Positions 20,552 through 28,703 of a stretch of 64,000 nucleotides of DNA are shown here, piece by piece. The DNA comes from Lysobacterales bacterium (GTDB lineage: Bacteria; Pseudomonadota; Gammaproteobacteria; Xanthomonadales; SZUA-38): NCBI GenBank assembly GCA_028285525.1, contig JANQOZ010000044.1:6920-70919 (forward strand). The letters are read 5' to 3'. The first letter of the stretch is position 1, and every line of letters starts with the position of its first letter. A program made the position numbers and the translations under genes. The notes under the pieces are model-generated. The model searched no databases. It had not been told where the DNA came from and was given only the letters and a program-made list of their open reading frames with translations.

Positions 20552-22264
20552 TCAGCGGAGGTATCCCATTTTTTCCAGCGTGATCAGAATGCGATGCGCC
20601 GCAAGGTCCGGCGACATCTCGGCCGTATTGATCACCACCTCGGCGTTTTCCGGCGCTTCGTACGGGTCATCAATACCGGTGAAACCTTTGAGTTGACCGG
20701 CCCGAGCTTTGGCGTAGAGCCCTTTCCGGTCTCGCGCTTCGCAAACCTCCAGCGGTGTCGAAACGTGAATCTCCAAAAATCCGCCCAGCGGTTCGATCAG
20801 CTCGCGGACCGCCCGGCGCGTCTGAGTATACGGCGCAATCGGTGCGCATATGGCAATTCCGCGGTTTTTTGTGATCTCGCTGGCGACGAATCCGATCCGC
20901 AGGATGTTCAGGTCGCGATGCTCTTTGGAAAACGACAGCTCGCTCGACAGATTTTTCCTGACCACGTCGCCATCCAGCAGGGTCACCGGCCTTGAGCCTT
21001 CCTCCAGCAGCTTGACCATCAGCGCGTTGGCGACGGTCGACTTGCCAGACCCGGACAGACCGGTGAAGAAGACGGTAAAGCCCTGCTGATTCTTAGGGGG
21101 ATAGGCGCGACGCAGCTCCTCAACAATTTTCGGATACGAAAACCATTCGGGGATATCCAGACCCTCGCGGAGCCGCCGCCGGAACTCGGTGCCCGAGAGA
21201 TTCAGCACCGTATCGCTGTCGCTCGTCTCGTCAGCCGGCAGGTATTCGGCCTTGTTCTCCACGTACACCATCATCTTGAAGGGCACCATCGTGATGTCCA
21301 GCTCCTGCTCGTGCTCTTTGAAAAGCTCTTGGGCATCGTAAGGGCCGTAAAACGGCTGACCGTTGCGATCGTTCCCGGGGCCGGCGTGGTCGCGACCGAC
21401 GATAAAGTGGGTGCAGCCATAGTTCTTTCGAATGATGGCGTGCCACAGCGCCTCCCGAGGACCGGCCATCCGCATGGCGAGGTTGATGAGGCTCAGCTGG
21501 GTGGTCTGGTCGGGATACTGCTCGAGCACGTGCTCGTAGCAGCGGACCCGCGTGAAGTGATCGATATCACCAGGTTTGGTCATACCCACAACGGGCTGGA
21601 TCAGAAGATTTGCTTCAGCCTCGCGCGCTGCACGGAACGTCAGCTCCTGATGCGCGCGATGGAGCGGGTTGCGGGTTTGAAAGGCGACAATCTTGCGCCA
21701 GCCCAGCTTGCGAAAGCGACCCCGCAGCTCCGACGGCGTATCGCGGAGCAGCTTGAAGTCGTAGTAGGTCGGTGGCTCGATGCCGAGGATCTTGCCGCCG
21801 AGGTAAACCGGTCCGGACTGGTTCAGCAGGAAGTTGACGCCGGGATGCAGATCGTCCGTGCTGCCGTAGACGCGCTGCGCCTCCCTGGCGAGATCGGGTG
21901 TCCATTTATCGCTGACTTCGAGAACGGCAATGAGTACACCCTCAGCGTCTCGCAAGGCGACCCGGTCGTCCAGACTGACGCCTTCGGCAAACGTCTCTGA
22001 GACGTCGAGCGTTATCGGGATCGGCCACAGAACGCCTGAGTCAAGCCGCATGGTGTTGCAGACGCTCTCGTAGTCAGCCTGACCCAGAAATCCTTCCAGA
22101 GGCGAGAAGGCGCCGTTCATCAGCAGGTCCAGGTCGCAAAGCTGACGTGCCGATAGATCCCATGATGGGTAGTCTTTCGCGCTGGCTTTCTCCTGGTCCG
22201 CCTGTCCTTCGGTGAGGTAAAGGTCCTTCAGCTCACCGCCATGTGGCTCTTTAAAAGCGCCCAT
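20552..22264 (-). CDS. sat: bifunctional sulfate adenylyltransferase / adenylylsulfate kinase
   Basis: 570 aa. Carries the ATP sulfurylase motifs QTRNPLHRAHQEL and HFIVGRDHAGPG, plus a C-terminal APS-kinase P-loop FFTGLSGSGKSTVA. Confidence 0.92.
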   Translation of the reverse strand: MGAFKEPHGGELKDLYLTEGQADQEKASAKDYPSWDLSARQLCDLDLLMNGAFSPLEGFLGQADYESVCNTMRLDSGVLWPIPITLDVSETFAEGVSLDDRVALRDAEGVLIAVLEVSDKWTPDLAREAQRVYGSTDDLHPGVNFLLNQSGPVYLGGKILGIEPPTYYDFKLLRDTPSELRGRFRKLGWRKIVAFQTRNPLHRAHQELTFRAAREAEANLLIQPVVGMTKPGDIDHFTRVRCYEHVLEQYPDQTTQLSLINLAMRMAGPREALWHAIIRKNYGCTHFIVGRDHAGPGNDRNGQPFYGPYDAQELFKEHEQELDITMVPFKMMVYVENKAEYLPADETSDSDTVLNLSGTEFRRRLREGLDIPEWFSYPKIVEELRRAYPPKNQQGFTVFFTGLSGSGKSTVANALMVKLLEEGSRPVTLLDGDVVRKNLSSELSFSKEHRDLNILRIGFVASEITKNRGIAICAPIAPYTQTRRAVRELIEPLGGFLEIHVSTPLEVCEARDRKGLYAKARAGQLKGFTGIDDPYEAPENAEVVINTAEMSPDLAAHRILITLEKMGYLR

Positions 22265-22290
22265 CGTTATCTCCTTGAATGGTTTCTTGC

Positions 22291-22890
22291 TTAGTCGGTG
22301 GGTTGTTCAGCGAGACCGTTGAACAACAGGTCATTACATTTCTGCGCGAGCGTGACGACATCGAGCTTCGGGTCTCGAACGATCAGTTCGCCCATCGCGT
22401 TGCCAATACCGATGACAGCCTGCGCGGCAAAGTGCGGGTCCAGCTCTCGAACCTCACCGGACGCCATCGCATCCCGGAACATCTGCTCCAGCATTTTCCG
22501 ATAGCGGCTGCCGAGTCGCTTCAGGTCGGCTCTTCGGTTCACCGGAAGGTAGAGACGTTCGTCGTTGTATACCTTCATCGCTTCATCTTGCTCCCGGTAA
22601 CGAAGCAGGTGGGCACTGATGGTTGCCTGCAGCTTGGCCGCAAAGGGTTGCTGGCTTTGAACGATGGCCTCCATCCTGGCGACGTAGTCTTCCAGCGCGA
22701 GCAGGCATACCCGCTCGAGCGCTTCTTCCTTCGAGCTCAGGTAGTAGTACAGGCTGCCTTGTTTGATGCCGAGTCTCGAGGCTATGCCCGCCGTACTGGC
22801 ACCGTGATAGCCGTGACGAGCAAATTCTGCCGCCGCGGCTCTGACGGCGCGATCGCGCTGCCGGGCAAATTTGTCACTGGGTGCAACCAT
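22291..22890 (-). CDS. TetR-family transcriptional regulator
   Basis: HTH AAAEFARHGYHGASTAGIASRLGIKQGSLYYYLSSKEEAL. The track ORF starts at TTG 22911; the ATG at 22890 (MVAPSDK) is more likely. Confidence 0.9.
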   Translation of the reverse strand: MVAPSDKFARQRDRAVRAAAAEFARHGYHGASTAGIASRLGIKQGSLYYYLSSKEEALERVCLLALEDYVARMEAIVQSQQPFAAKLQATISAHLLRYREQDEAMKVYNDERLYLPVNRRADLKRLGSRYRKMLEQMFRDAMASGEVRELDPHFAAQAVIGIGNAMGELIVRDPKLDVVTLAQKCNDLLFNGLAEQPTD

Positions 22891-22923
22891 GGGCGCGCAC
22901 TGTACGTGCAAGGGTGGAAAAAA

Positions 22924-22939
22924 TCTATAGATCTATAGA
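22924..22939. promoter_or_regulatory. perfect 16-bp palindrome TCTATAGATCTATAGA (candidate TetR operator)
   Basis: It is its own reverse complement. It lies in a strikingly AT-rich gap between the TetR gene and the divergent VOC gene. Confidence 0.5.
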
Positions 22940-22948
22940 ATTAAATGC

Positions 22949-22960
22949 TATATCGATATA
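22949..22960. promoter_or_regulatory. perfect 12-bp palindrome TATATCGATATA (second candidate operator)
   Basis: It is its own reverse complement and lies 9 nt from the first palindrome. Confidence 0.4.
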
Positions 22961-23070
22961 AAAGTTTTCAAAAACAGCCTAATAAGGTCGATCAACTTAT
23001 CCTTTTTTTTAGGGTTTTAGGTCGGTGATTGCCGTGAGAGACTGCCTGTTTGTCTGTGAGGGGGTACACG

Positions 23071-23487
23071 ATGCCAACCATTCATCATCTGGGTTTTCTT
23101 GTTCGAGACCTGGGCGCGGCCGTCGAGCGCTACACCCGACTGCTCGGGCAGGAGCCGGTCGCCACCGAAGCACTCAACCGTCGTGGCGTTCTTACCGCCC
23201 GGTTTTCCCTGGGTGGCGTGTGGCTGGTATTGATTGAACCGGTGACCGAAGACAGTGTTCCGGCACGTCACCTGAAAGAGAACGGCGAAGGTTTTTTCAT
23301 GCTGTCGCTCAACAGTGCAAGCCTTGAACACACCGACGAGGAGTTGAACGATCGAGGCATGTCGTTGAACTGGTCAACGCTTCGCCGTGGCTTGAGTGAT
23401 TGGCGCGTTGCCGACCTGAACGATTGGGAGAGCTTCGGCGCCGTGATTCAGTTTGCAGAAAGCGATTCTGATAACGAGGAATACTGA
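23071..23487 (+). CDS. VOC-family (glyoxalase / methylmalonyl-CoA-epimerase-like) protein
   Basis: An ATG at 23071, preceded by GAGGGGG, gives MPTIHHLGFLVRDLGAAVERYTRLLG. Confidence 0.8.
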   Translation: MPTIHHLGFLVRDLGAAVERYTRLLGQEPVATEALNRRGVLTARFSLGGVWLVLIEPVTEDSVPARHLKENGEGFFMLSLNSASLEHTDEELNDRGMSLNWSTLRRGLSDWRVADLNDWESFGAVIQFAESDSDNEEY

Positions 23488-23823
23488 CGCTCACTGCGTG
23501 CGCTAATGCCCGGATGAACAACAGCGCATGCTCGATTCGCAGCGTATGCTCGTTTGCGTGACGACGTCTTTGTCGAACGCGTTAAGGCATTTGTGATCAG
23601 TGCCGAAATAAAAGACACAAAAGGTGACGTAGCTGCTGTGCGTATTGCGGCGCTTACTGGTATAGTTTGCGCGCAGCTTCGGGTCGACGTTTTCTTGGGG
23701 GAATCCTCGATCATCGACCAGCTCTGCGAAACGCGTCATCGTAAGGAACGCGATCCAGGCAACGATGCTCGTTGGGTGGAAACTGTACGGACTAAATCTG
23801 TCAGCAGAAAGAGGAGAGATCCA

Positions 23824-24240
23824 GTGGCGAAGAAAGCGTCAAAGAAAGCCAAAAAGAAGGCGGCTAAAAAGGTTGCGAAAAAAGCAGCTCCCGCTAAGAA
23901 GAAGGTAGCGAAGAAGGTTGCCAAGAAAAAGGTAGCTAAGAAGGTTACCAAGAAAAAGGTAGCGAAGAAGAAAGTTGCCAAGAAAGTGGCTAAGAAAAAA
24001 GTAGCCAAGAAAAAAGTCGCTAAGAAGAAAGTGGCGAAGAAAAAGGTTGCCAAGAAGAAGGTAGCCAAGAAAAAGGTAGCGAAGAAAAAAGTAGCCAAGA
24101 AGAAGGTGGCTAAGAAAAAGGTCGCCAAGAAAAAAGTAGCCAAGAAGAAGGTGGCTAAGAAAAAGGTTGCCAAGAAGAAAGTGGCCAAAAAAGCGGCGAA
24201 GAAAAAAGCTGCCAAGAAGACCGCTCGACGGAAGAAGTAA
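23824..24240 (+). CDS. Lys/Ala-rich histone-H1-like (AlgP-like) basic repeat protein
   Basis: An in-frame GTG at 23824, preceded by AGAGGAGAG, gives 138 aa: VAKKASKKAKKKAAKKVAKK...(KKKVA)x13...KKAAKKKAAKKTARRKK. The upstream 90 codons of the track ORF look non-coding. Confidence 0.7.
   Translation: MAKKASKKAKKKAAKKVAKKAAPAKKKVAKKVAKKKVAKKVTKKKVAKKKVAKKVAKKKVAKKKVAKKKVAKKKVAKKKVAKKKVAKKKVAKKKVAKKKVAKKKVAKKKVAKKKVAKKKVAKKAAKKKAAKKTARRKK
23992..24186 (+). repeat. 13 consecutive 15-nt coding repeats, each encoding KKKVA
   Basis: The units read aag-aaa/aag-aaa/aag-gtN-gcN. The copies differ only at wobble positions. Confidence 0.9.
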
Positions 24241-24246
24241 CGCCGT

Positions 24247-24831
24247 TTGAGCAAGCCGGCGCCGTCAGCGGGCCTTAACCGCACTGCTGCGGCGCCGGTG
24301 CTTTACCTGTTGTTTTGTTTGCTTGTCATATCGGTGCTGGATTCCTCAGCCAGCGCCGCGGATATCCATCGCTGTACCCTTCCCGACGGCTCTGTGGTTT
24401 ACCAGGATCAGAAGTGCCGATCTGGTTCGTCGCAGGTCCTGCGATCTGGCGGCTCATCCGGGTCAATCTCCGAATCACGCTTACGCCAGTGGTTAAGCGA
24501 TCAGCCGAAAAAGCCTGCACAAAAACCGCCAGCGGTTTCAGCGCGGCCGGCTGCCCGCACTATTTCTTCCCTGTCGCTTCCGCCCCGACCTGCGTCCGAG
24601 CATCTGCTGGCGATGTGTTCCGAGCGTGTGTTGGCCTGTGCGGGTGCCGGAACGGCTGGCATGGATGACTGCGTCTCTTCCATTCGTCGCTGTGGTGAAC
24701 AAAGTCGACAGAGCTGTTGTGCCGACTCGTTTGTCGAACGATACGAGCGGTTGCGACAGGCCAACATTGAGCAGCGAGATGCGGTAAGCGGTGCGCTGCT
24801 GGGCGTTGAGGGAGAACGCGACAGCCGCTAG
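24247..24831 (+). CDS. DUF4124-domain secreted protein
   Basis: TTG start and signal peptide (VLYLLFCLLVISVLDSSASA), followed by IHRCTLPDGSVVYQDQKC, which I recognise as the DUF4124 signature. Confidence 0.7.
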   Translation: MSKPAPSAGLNRTAAAPVLYLLFCLLVISVLDSSASAADIHRCTLPDGSVVYQDQKCRSGSSQVLRSGGSSGSISESRLRQWLSDQPKKPAQKPPAVSARPAARTISSLSLPPRPASEHLLAMCSERVLACAGAGTAGMDDCVSSIRRCGEQSRQSCCADSFVERYERLRQANIEQRDAVSGALLGVEGERDSR

Positions 24832-24840
24832 ACGTCGCAC

Positions 24841-25998
24841 CTAGTGAAACAGCAGCTGCCTGATGTTTTCGGCTTCGCGCATGGCGTCCTGATACCCGAG
24901 ATCCATCAATGCCCGGCAGTAGGTAGCCTCGAACAGCAGATAGCTGGCCAGGCGATGATCTGAACGCCAGGCACCTACGCCGGCCAATAACGTTTTGACG
25001 CTGGCCGGCATCAGCGAGACATGCTCCGACACCAGTTCCCGCAGATCTCTACTCGGTCGGATGACCAGGGTCTCGATCGGGCGCAGCGTGCTTTGCCGAC
25101 GATGCGGTTCCGGAATGAGCGCCAGCGTTTGATTGATTCGGTGAAGGCGCTCCAGGTCCGCATCAAGGTTGTCCATAAAAACGATATCGAGGAGGTGGCC
25201 GGCAATCTCACCGGCACTCGGTGTCCTGGATTCTGCGGCGGGCTCGGGATCGTGCCGAGCATCTCTCGCGGTGACGATCAGGATGCGGTCGGCGCCGAGA
25301 TGGATCGCCGGTGAAAGCGGGGCCGTTTGGCGCAGGCTACCATCGCCATAGTATTCGTGACCAATTCGGGCTGGTGGAAATAACAGGGGCAGGGCGGTCG
25401 ACGCCATCAGATGGCTGACGCTGATCGCGTCGCTGCGGCCGCGACGTCGACCGCGGCGCCACGGGGCGTCGTCGCGCGACTGGAAGAAGGTGACGGCCCG
25501 GCCGGTTGCGTAGCCGGACGCGCTGACGGCCAGGGACTCAAGCCGTCCAGCGTCGATATGCTCAGCGACGCGCGCAAGGTGTGTTTCGCGACTCAGAAGT
25601 CGATCGAGTGGCGCCGTGTCGAGCAGCGCCGCTGGTGCACGAACGCCCAGCCGTCCGAACAGCACGGCACCGAGCCAATGGCCGACCGAGCGGAGAACGC
25701 TCAGCCAGTCGGTGCGGTAAACGTGATGACACCGCATCTCAGACCAGAAGGTGGAGAGCCGCTCGACGCCGTGACTGAATCGGTCGGCGTGAGACGCCAG
25801 CACTGAGGCGTTGATGGCGCCGGCTGATGTCCCGGTAAAAATCGGGAATGGGCATCGCTCCGGGCTTGGGTTGAGCTCGCCGATCGCGCGCATGGCGCCG
25901 ACCTGATACGCACCCCGGGCGCCCCCGCCAGGCAGATGCAGCGCAACTCGTGTAGCGTCAGCTTCGACCCGCTCGCCGCCGGAGCCGGCGTTGGTCAC
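24841..25998 (-). CDS. patatin-like phospholipase
   Basis: Contains GGGARGAYQVG (oxyanion loop), GTSAGA (GxSxG) and YGDGS (catalytic Asp). Confidence 0.88.
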   Translation of the reverse strand: MTNAGSGGERVEADATRVALHLPGGGARGAYQVGAMRAIGELNPSPERCPFPIFTGTSAGAINASVLASHADRFSHGVERLSTFWSEMRCHHVYRTDWLSVLRSVGHWLGAVLFGRLGVRAPAALLDTAPLDRLLSRETHLARVAEHIDAGRLESLAVSASGYATGRAVTFFQSRDDAPWRRGRRRGRSDAISVSHLMASTALPLLFPPARIGHEYYGDGSLRQTAPLSPAIHLGADRILIVTARDARHDPEPAAESRTPSAGEIAGHLLDIVFMDNLDADLERLHRINQTLALIPEPHRRQSTLRPIETLVIRPSRDLRELVSEHVSLMPASVKTLLAGVGAWRSDHRLASYLLFEATYCRALMDLGYQDAMREAENIRQLLFH

Positions 25999-27146
25999 GG
26001 ACGCCGGGCCAGCATCGTCGGATTGAGTTCGGCTAGCGATCTCGCGCCCATCAACATCATGTCGCGATGGACCTCATCACGCAGCAGCGTTGCCGCGCGC
26101 AATACGCCTGCGGTACCGCCGGCCGCGAGCGCGTAAAGATAGAAGCGCCCTCCAGAGCAGGCAGTTGCCCCGGCCGCCAGCGCTTTCAGAATATGGGTGC
26201 CGCGCCGGATACCGCCGTCCAGAATAATCTCGATCTGGCCGCCGACGGCATCAGCGATTGCCGGCAGCTGGTCAAAAGGCGAGCGCCCGCCGTCGAGCTG
26301 ACGGCCGCCGTGGTTGGAAATCATGATGGCGCTGGCGCCGATGTCCACGGCGCGTTTGGCGTCGTCCACCGACATCACGCCCTTAAGAACGAAGGGACCG
26401 CCCCATTGCGCAACCATGTCGGCCGCCTCGTCCCAGCTGATGCTGCTTTTCATATGGCTGTCGATATAGTCGATGATCGACGACGATACGCTCGAGCCGG
26501 CGTTGAGGTACCGGCTGACATTCGGCAGGTCGAAACGTTCGCGTAGCAGGTAGTTGAGCGTCCAGCCCGGCTTCGCGGCAAACCCGATCAGGGTTCGCGG
26601 GGTCAGCTTGGGTGGCGTGGTCATCCCGGTGTGATGATCGCGCTCGCGATTACCCGCCACGACCGTATCCACGGTCAGGGCGAGCGCGTTGAAGTTTGCT
26701 TCCTTGCAGCGCCTGATCAGATCGCGAGTCATTTCCGGATCGTTGTGGATATACATCTGAAACAGCTTCGGCGCGTCGAAGCTCCCTCCCAGCTCCTCAA
26801 TGCTGCGCGTGCCCATCGTGGATACACCAAACAGGCTGCCCAGCTCCTGCGCTGCAGCGGCAACAGCGCGCTCGCCGTCGTGGTGAAACAGACGCTGCAT
26901 GGCGGTCGGTGAGAAGAAGAAGGGGACTTTGAGCGGCTGCCCTAGCACCGTGGTCGACATGTCCACCTGGTCCATGCCGGCCAGCACGTTGGGAACGAGG
27001 TCCACACGCTCAAAAGCGTCCGTATTGCGTCTCAGCGTCGACTCATCGTCAGCGCCGCCGTCGATGTAATGGAACAGGGCCGGCGGCAGGCGCCGTTTGG
27101 CCATTCGCCGGAAGTCAGCAGTGCGAAAACAGCGATCGATGCTCAA
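25995..27146 (-). CDS. FMN-dependent alpha-hydroxy acid dehydrogenase/oxidase (LldD-like)
   Basis: 383 aa. Contains SNHGGRQLDG and LDGGIRRGTHILKALAAGA. Its stop overlaps the patatin start by 4 nt. Confidence 0.9.
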   Translation of the reverse strand: MSIDRCFRTADFRRMAKRRLPPALFHYIDGGADDESTLRRNTDAFERVDLVPNVLAGMDQVDMSTTVLGQPLKVPFFFSPTAMQRLFHHDGERAVAAAAQELGSLFGVSTMGTRSIEELGGSFDAPKLFQMYIHNDPEMTRDLIRRCKEANFNALALTVDTVVAGNRERDHHTGMTTPPKLTPRTLIGFAAKPGWTLNYLLRERFDLPNVSRYLNAGSSVSSSIIDYIDSHMKSSISWDEAADMVAQWGGPFVLKGVMSVDDAKRAVDIGASAIMISNHGGRQLDGGRSPFDQLPAIADAVGGQIEIILDGGIRRGTHILKALAAGATACSGGRFYLYALAAGGTAGVLRAATLLRDEVHRDMMLMGARSLAELNPTMLARRP

Positions 27147-27257
27147 CGGCCGAGCCTCGCTGGCTCCGGCCTGTCTGCCTTAAAAACCATGCCCCATTAT
27201 AAGGACACGGACCGAGTGGGTCGCTTAAAAAGAAAGGTAAGTTCAGCGAGTGCGCTA

Positions 27258-28703
27258 TCAGCCCATAAAGCCGAGCGTCTGCTGATTGAAATTCCCGAGG
27301 TTGGGAAACACCGTGTTGAGCTCACCGGTTGGAACGCCGAACCAGCGGGACAGCGTGGCTGCGTATTGATCGACACTCAAGGTCGGGATAATGCGACCTC
27401 GGTTGATGTCCTGCGGACCCTCGAGCGTCAGGTCGGGAAGTTCCCCATAGATCTGGCCGCCCTGGACCGCGCCACCCATGACCAGCTGGTGTCCGCCCCA
27501 CCCGTGGTCGGTACCGTTGCCGTTGCTGTTCAGGGTGCGGCTGAACTCGGTCTGGGTGAACGTCGTGACGTTGTTCTGGACGTTGAGCGCGCCGAGCGCC
27601 GCATTAAAGGCTGCCATGGCCGCGTCGAGCATCTGCAGGAGCTCCGGGAGATTTTCGTTCTGGCCGTCATGCGTATCCCAGCCGCCCAGCTCCACGACAA
27701 ACGTCTGGCGCTCCACCTGCAGGACGTTGCGGATGGCGATCATCCGCGCGACGATCTTGAGCTGATCAAACAGCCAGTTCTCCTCGGGAAAGCCGGCGGC
27801 CACGCCGGCGCCGAACAGCGCGTCGTCGTCGCCCAAGGCGTTGAGCGCCGCATCGATCAGATCGAAGTTGTCCTGGGCGCGCTCTTTCACGACCATGTAT
27901 TCGTCGGCAAACAGATTGTTCGAGGTCGCCATGATGGCCTCTACGACGCTGAGCTTTTCGCCGTCCGGATCCCAGCCGGTTTCGATGCCGATCGGCCCGC
28001 TGGTGCTGATGCTGTAAGGCTGAACCGTTTGCCCTACCTGGAGCAGATTGCTGCCGACGACGCTGATGTTCATCGACGGGGACTGCTGCGTGTTGGACGG
28101 CGCCAGAAGGTCGGCGACGCGGCCAAACCAGCCGCGGTTCTGCTGGCTGTCGGCGTACGCGCGTTCCCACTGCATGAACTGATCGGAGTGGGAAAAGAGC
28201 TGCGGTGGAAGCGCGACGCTGCCGGCCTCGATGCTCGCCTTGGTGACGGGTTCGACCATCGTCCCGACGTTGGCGACCACGGCGAGTCGGTTGCTGTTGT
28301 AAAGCCCCTGCAGGCCGTTGAAGTCGGGATTGAAACCCATCACGGTATTGTTGAGCGGCAATACCGGTGCGGGGCTCCAGCTCCCGCCGCCGGCTTCGCT
28401 GTAGCCAACCGCCATATTTTGCCGCGTCTGCGCGTAAGTGTCGTAGTCAAGCGCCGGGTTGGCGTTGCTGCCGGTAGGGACCAGCATGTTGTAGCTGTCC
28501 GCGCCGCCGTTCAGCATGATGCACACCAGCGCCTTGTAGTCGGAAAAGCCCTTCTGGTGCGAGACCGAAGCATGGGCTCGCTGCAATAGTCCGAGCGTTC
28601 CGAGGCTTGAACCGCTGACGGCAGAAAAGCCGGCAGCCTTGAGGAAGTCTCGTCGACTGAAGGGTCTGCGGTGTGTCATGGCGGAATCCTTGGGCCGTTT
28701 CAT
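27258..28703 (-). CDS. DUF1501-domain protein (Tat-exported, sulfatase-like fold family)
   Basis: Carries the Tat signal SRRDFLKAAGFSA and NGNGTDHGWGGHQLVMGG. Confidence 0.88.
   Translation of the reverse strand: MKRPKDSAMTHRRPFSRRDFLKAAGFSAVSGSSLGTLGLLQRAHASVSHQKGFSDYKALVCIMLNGGADSYNMLVPTGSNANPALDYDTYAQTRQNMAVGYSEAGGGSWSPAPVLPLNNTVMGFNPDFNGLQGLYNSNRLAVVANVGTMVEPVTKASIEAGSVALPPQLFSHSDQFMQWERAYADSQQNRGWFGRVADLLAPSNTQQSPSMNISVVGSNLLQVGQTVQPYSISTSGPIGIETGWDPDGEKLSVVEAIMATSNNLFADEYMVVKERAQDNFDLIDAALNALGDDDALFGAGVAAGFPEENWLFDQLKIVARMIAIRNVLQVERQTFVVELGGWDTHDGQNENLPELLQMLDAAMAAFNAALGALNVQNNVTTFTQTEFSRTLNSNGNGTDHGWGGHQLVMGGAVQGGQIYGELPDLTLEGPQDINRGRIIPTLSVDQYAATLSRWFGVPTGELNTVFPNLGNFNQQTLGFMG

Noticed and set aside
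23554-24284. Upstream 90-codon extension of the KKKVA ORF, and the mirror minus-strand ORF 23736..24284 (FFLATFF repeats)
   Set aside because: The extension has no RBS and non-coding-like composition, whereas GTG 23824 has a strong AGGAG. The minus-strand ORF is simply the complement of the Lys/Ala repeat.
27069-28589. 506-aa plus-strand ORF antisense to the DUF1501 gene and the LldD-like gene start
   Set aside because: Same antisense GC artefact pattern. It has no motifs and spans an intergenic gap of the real genes.
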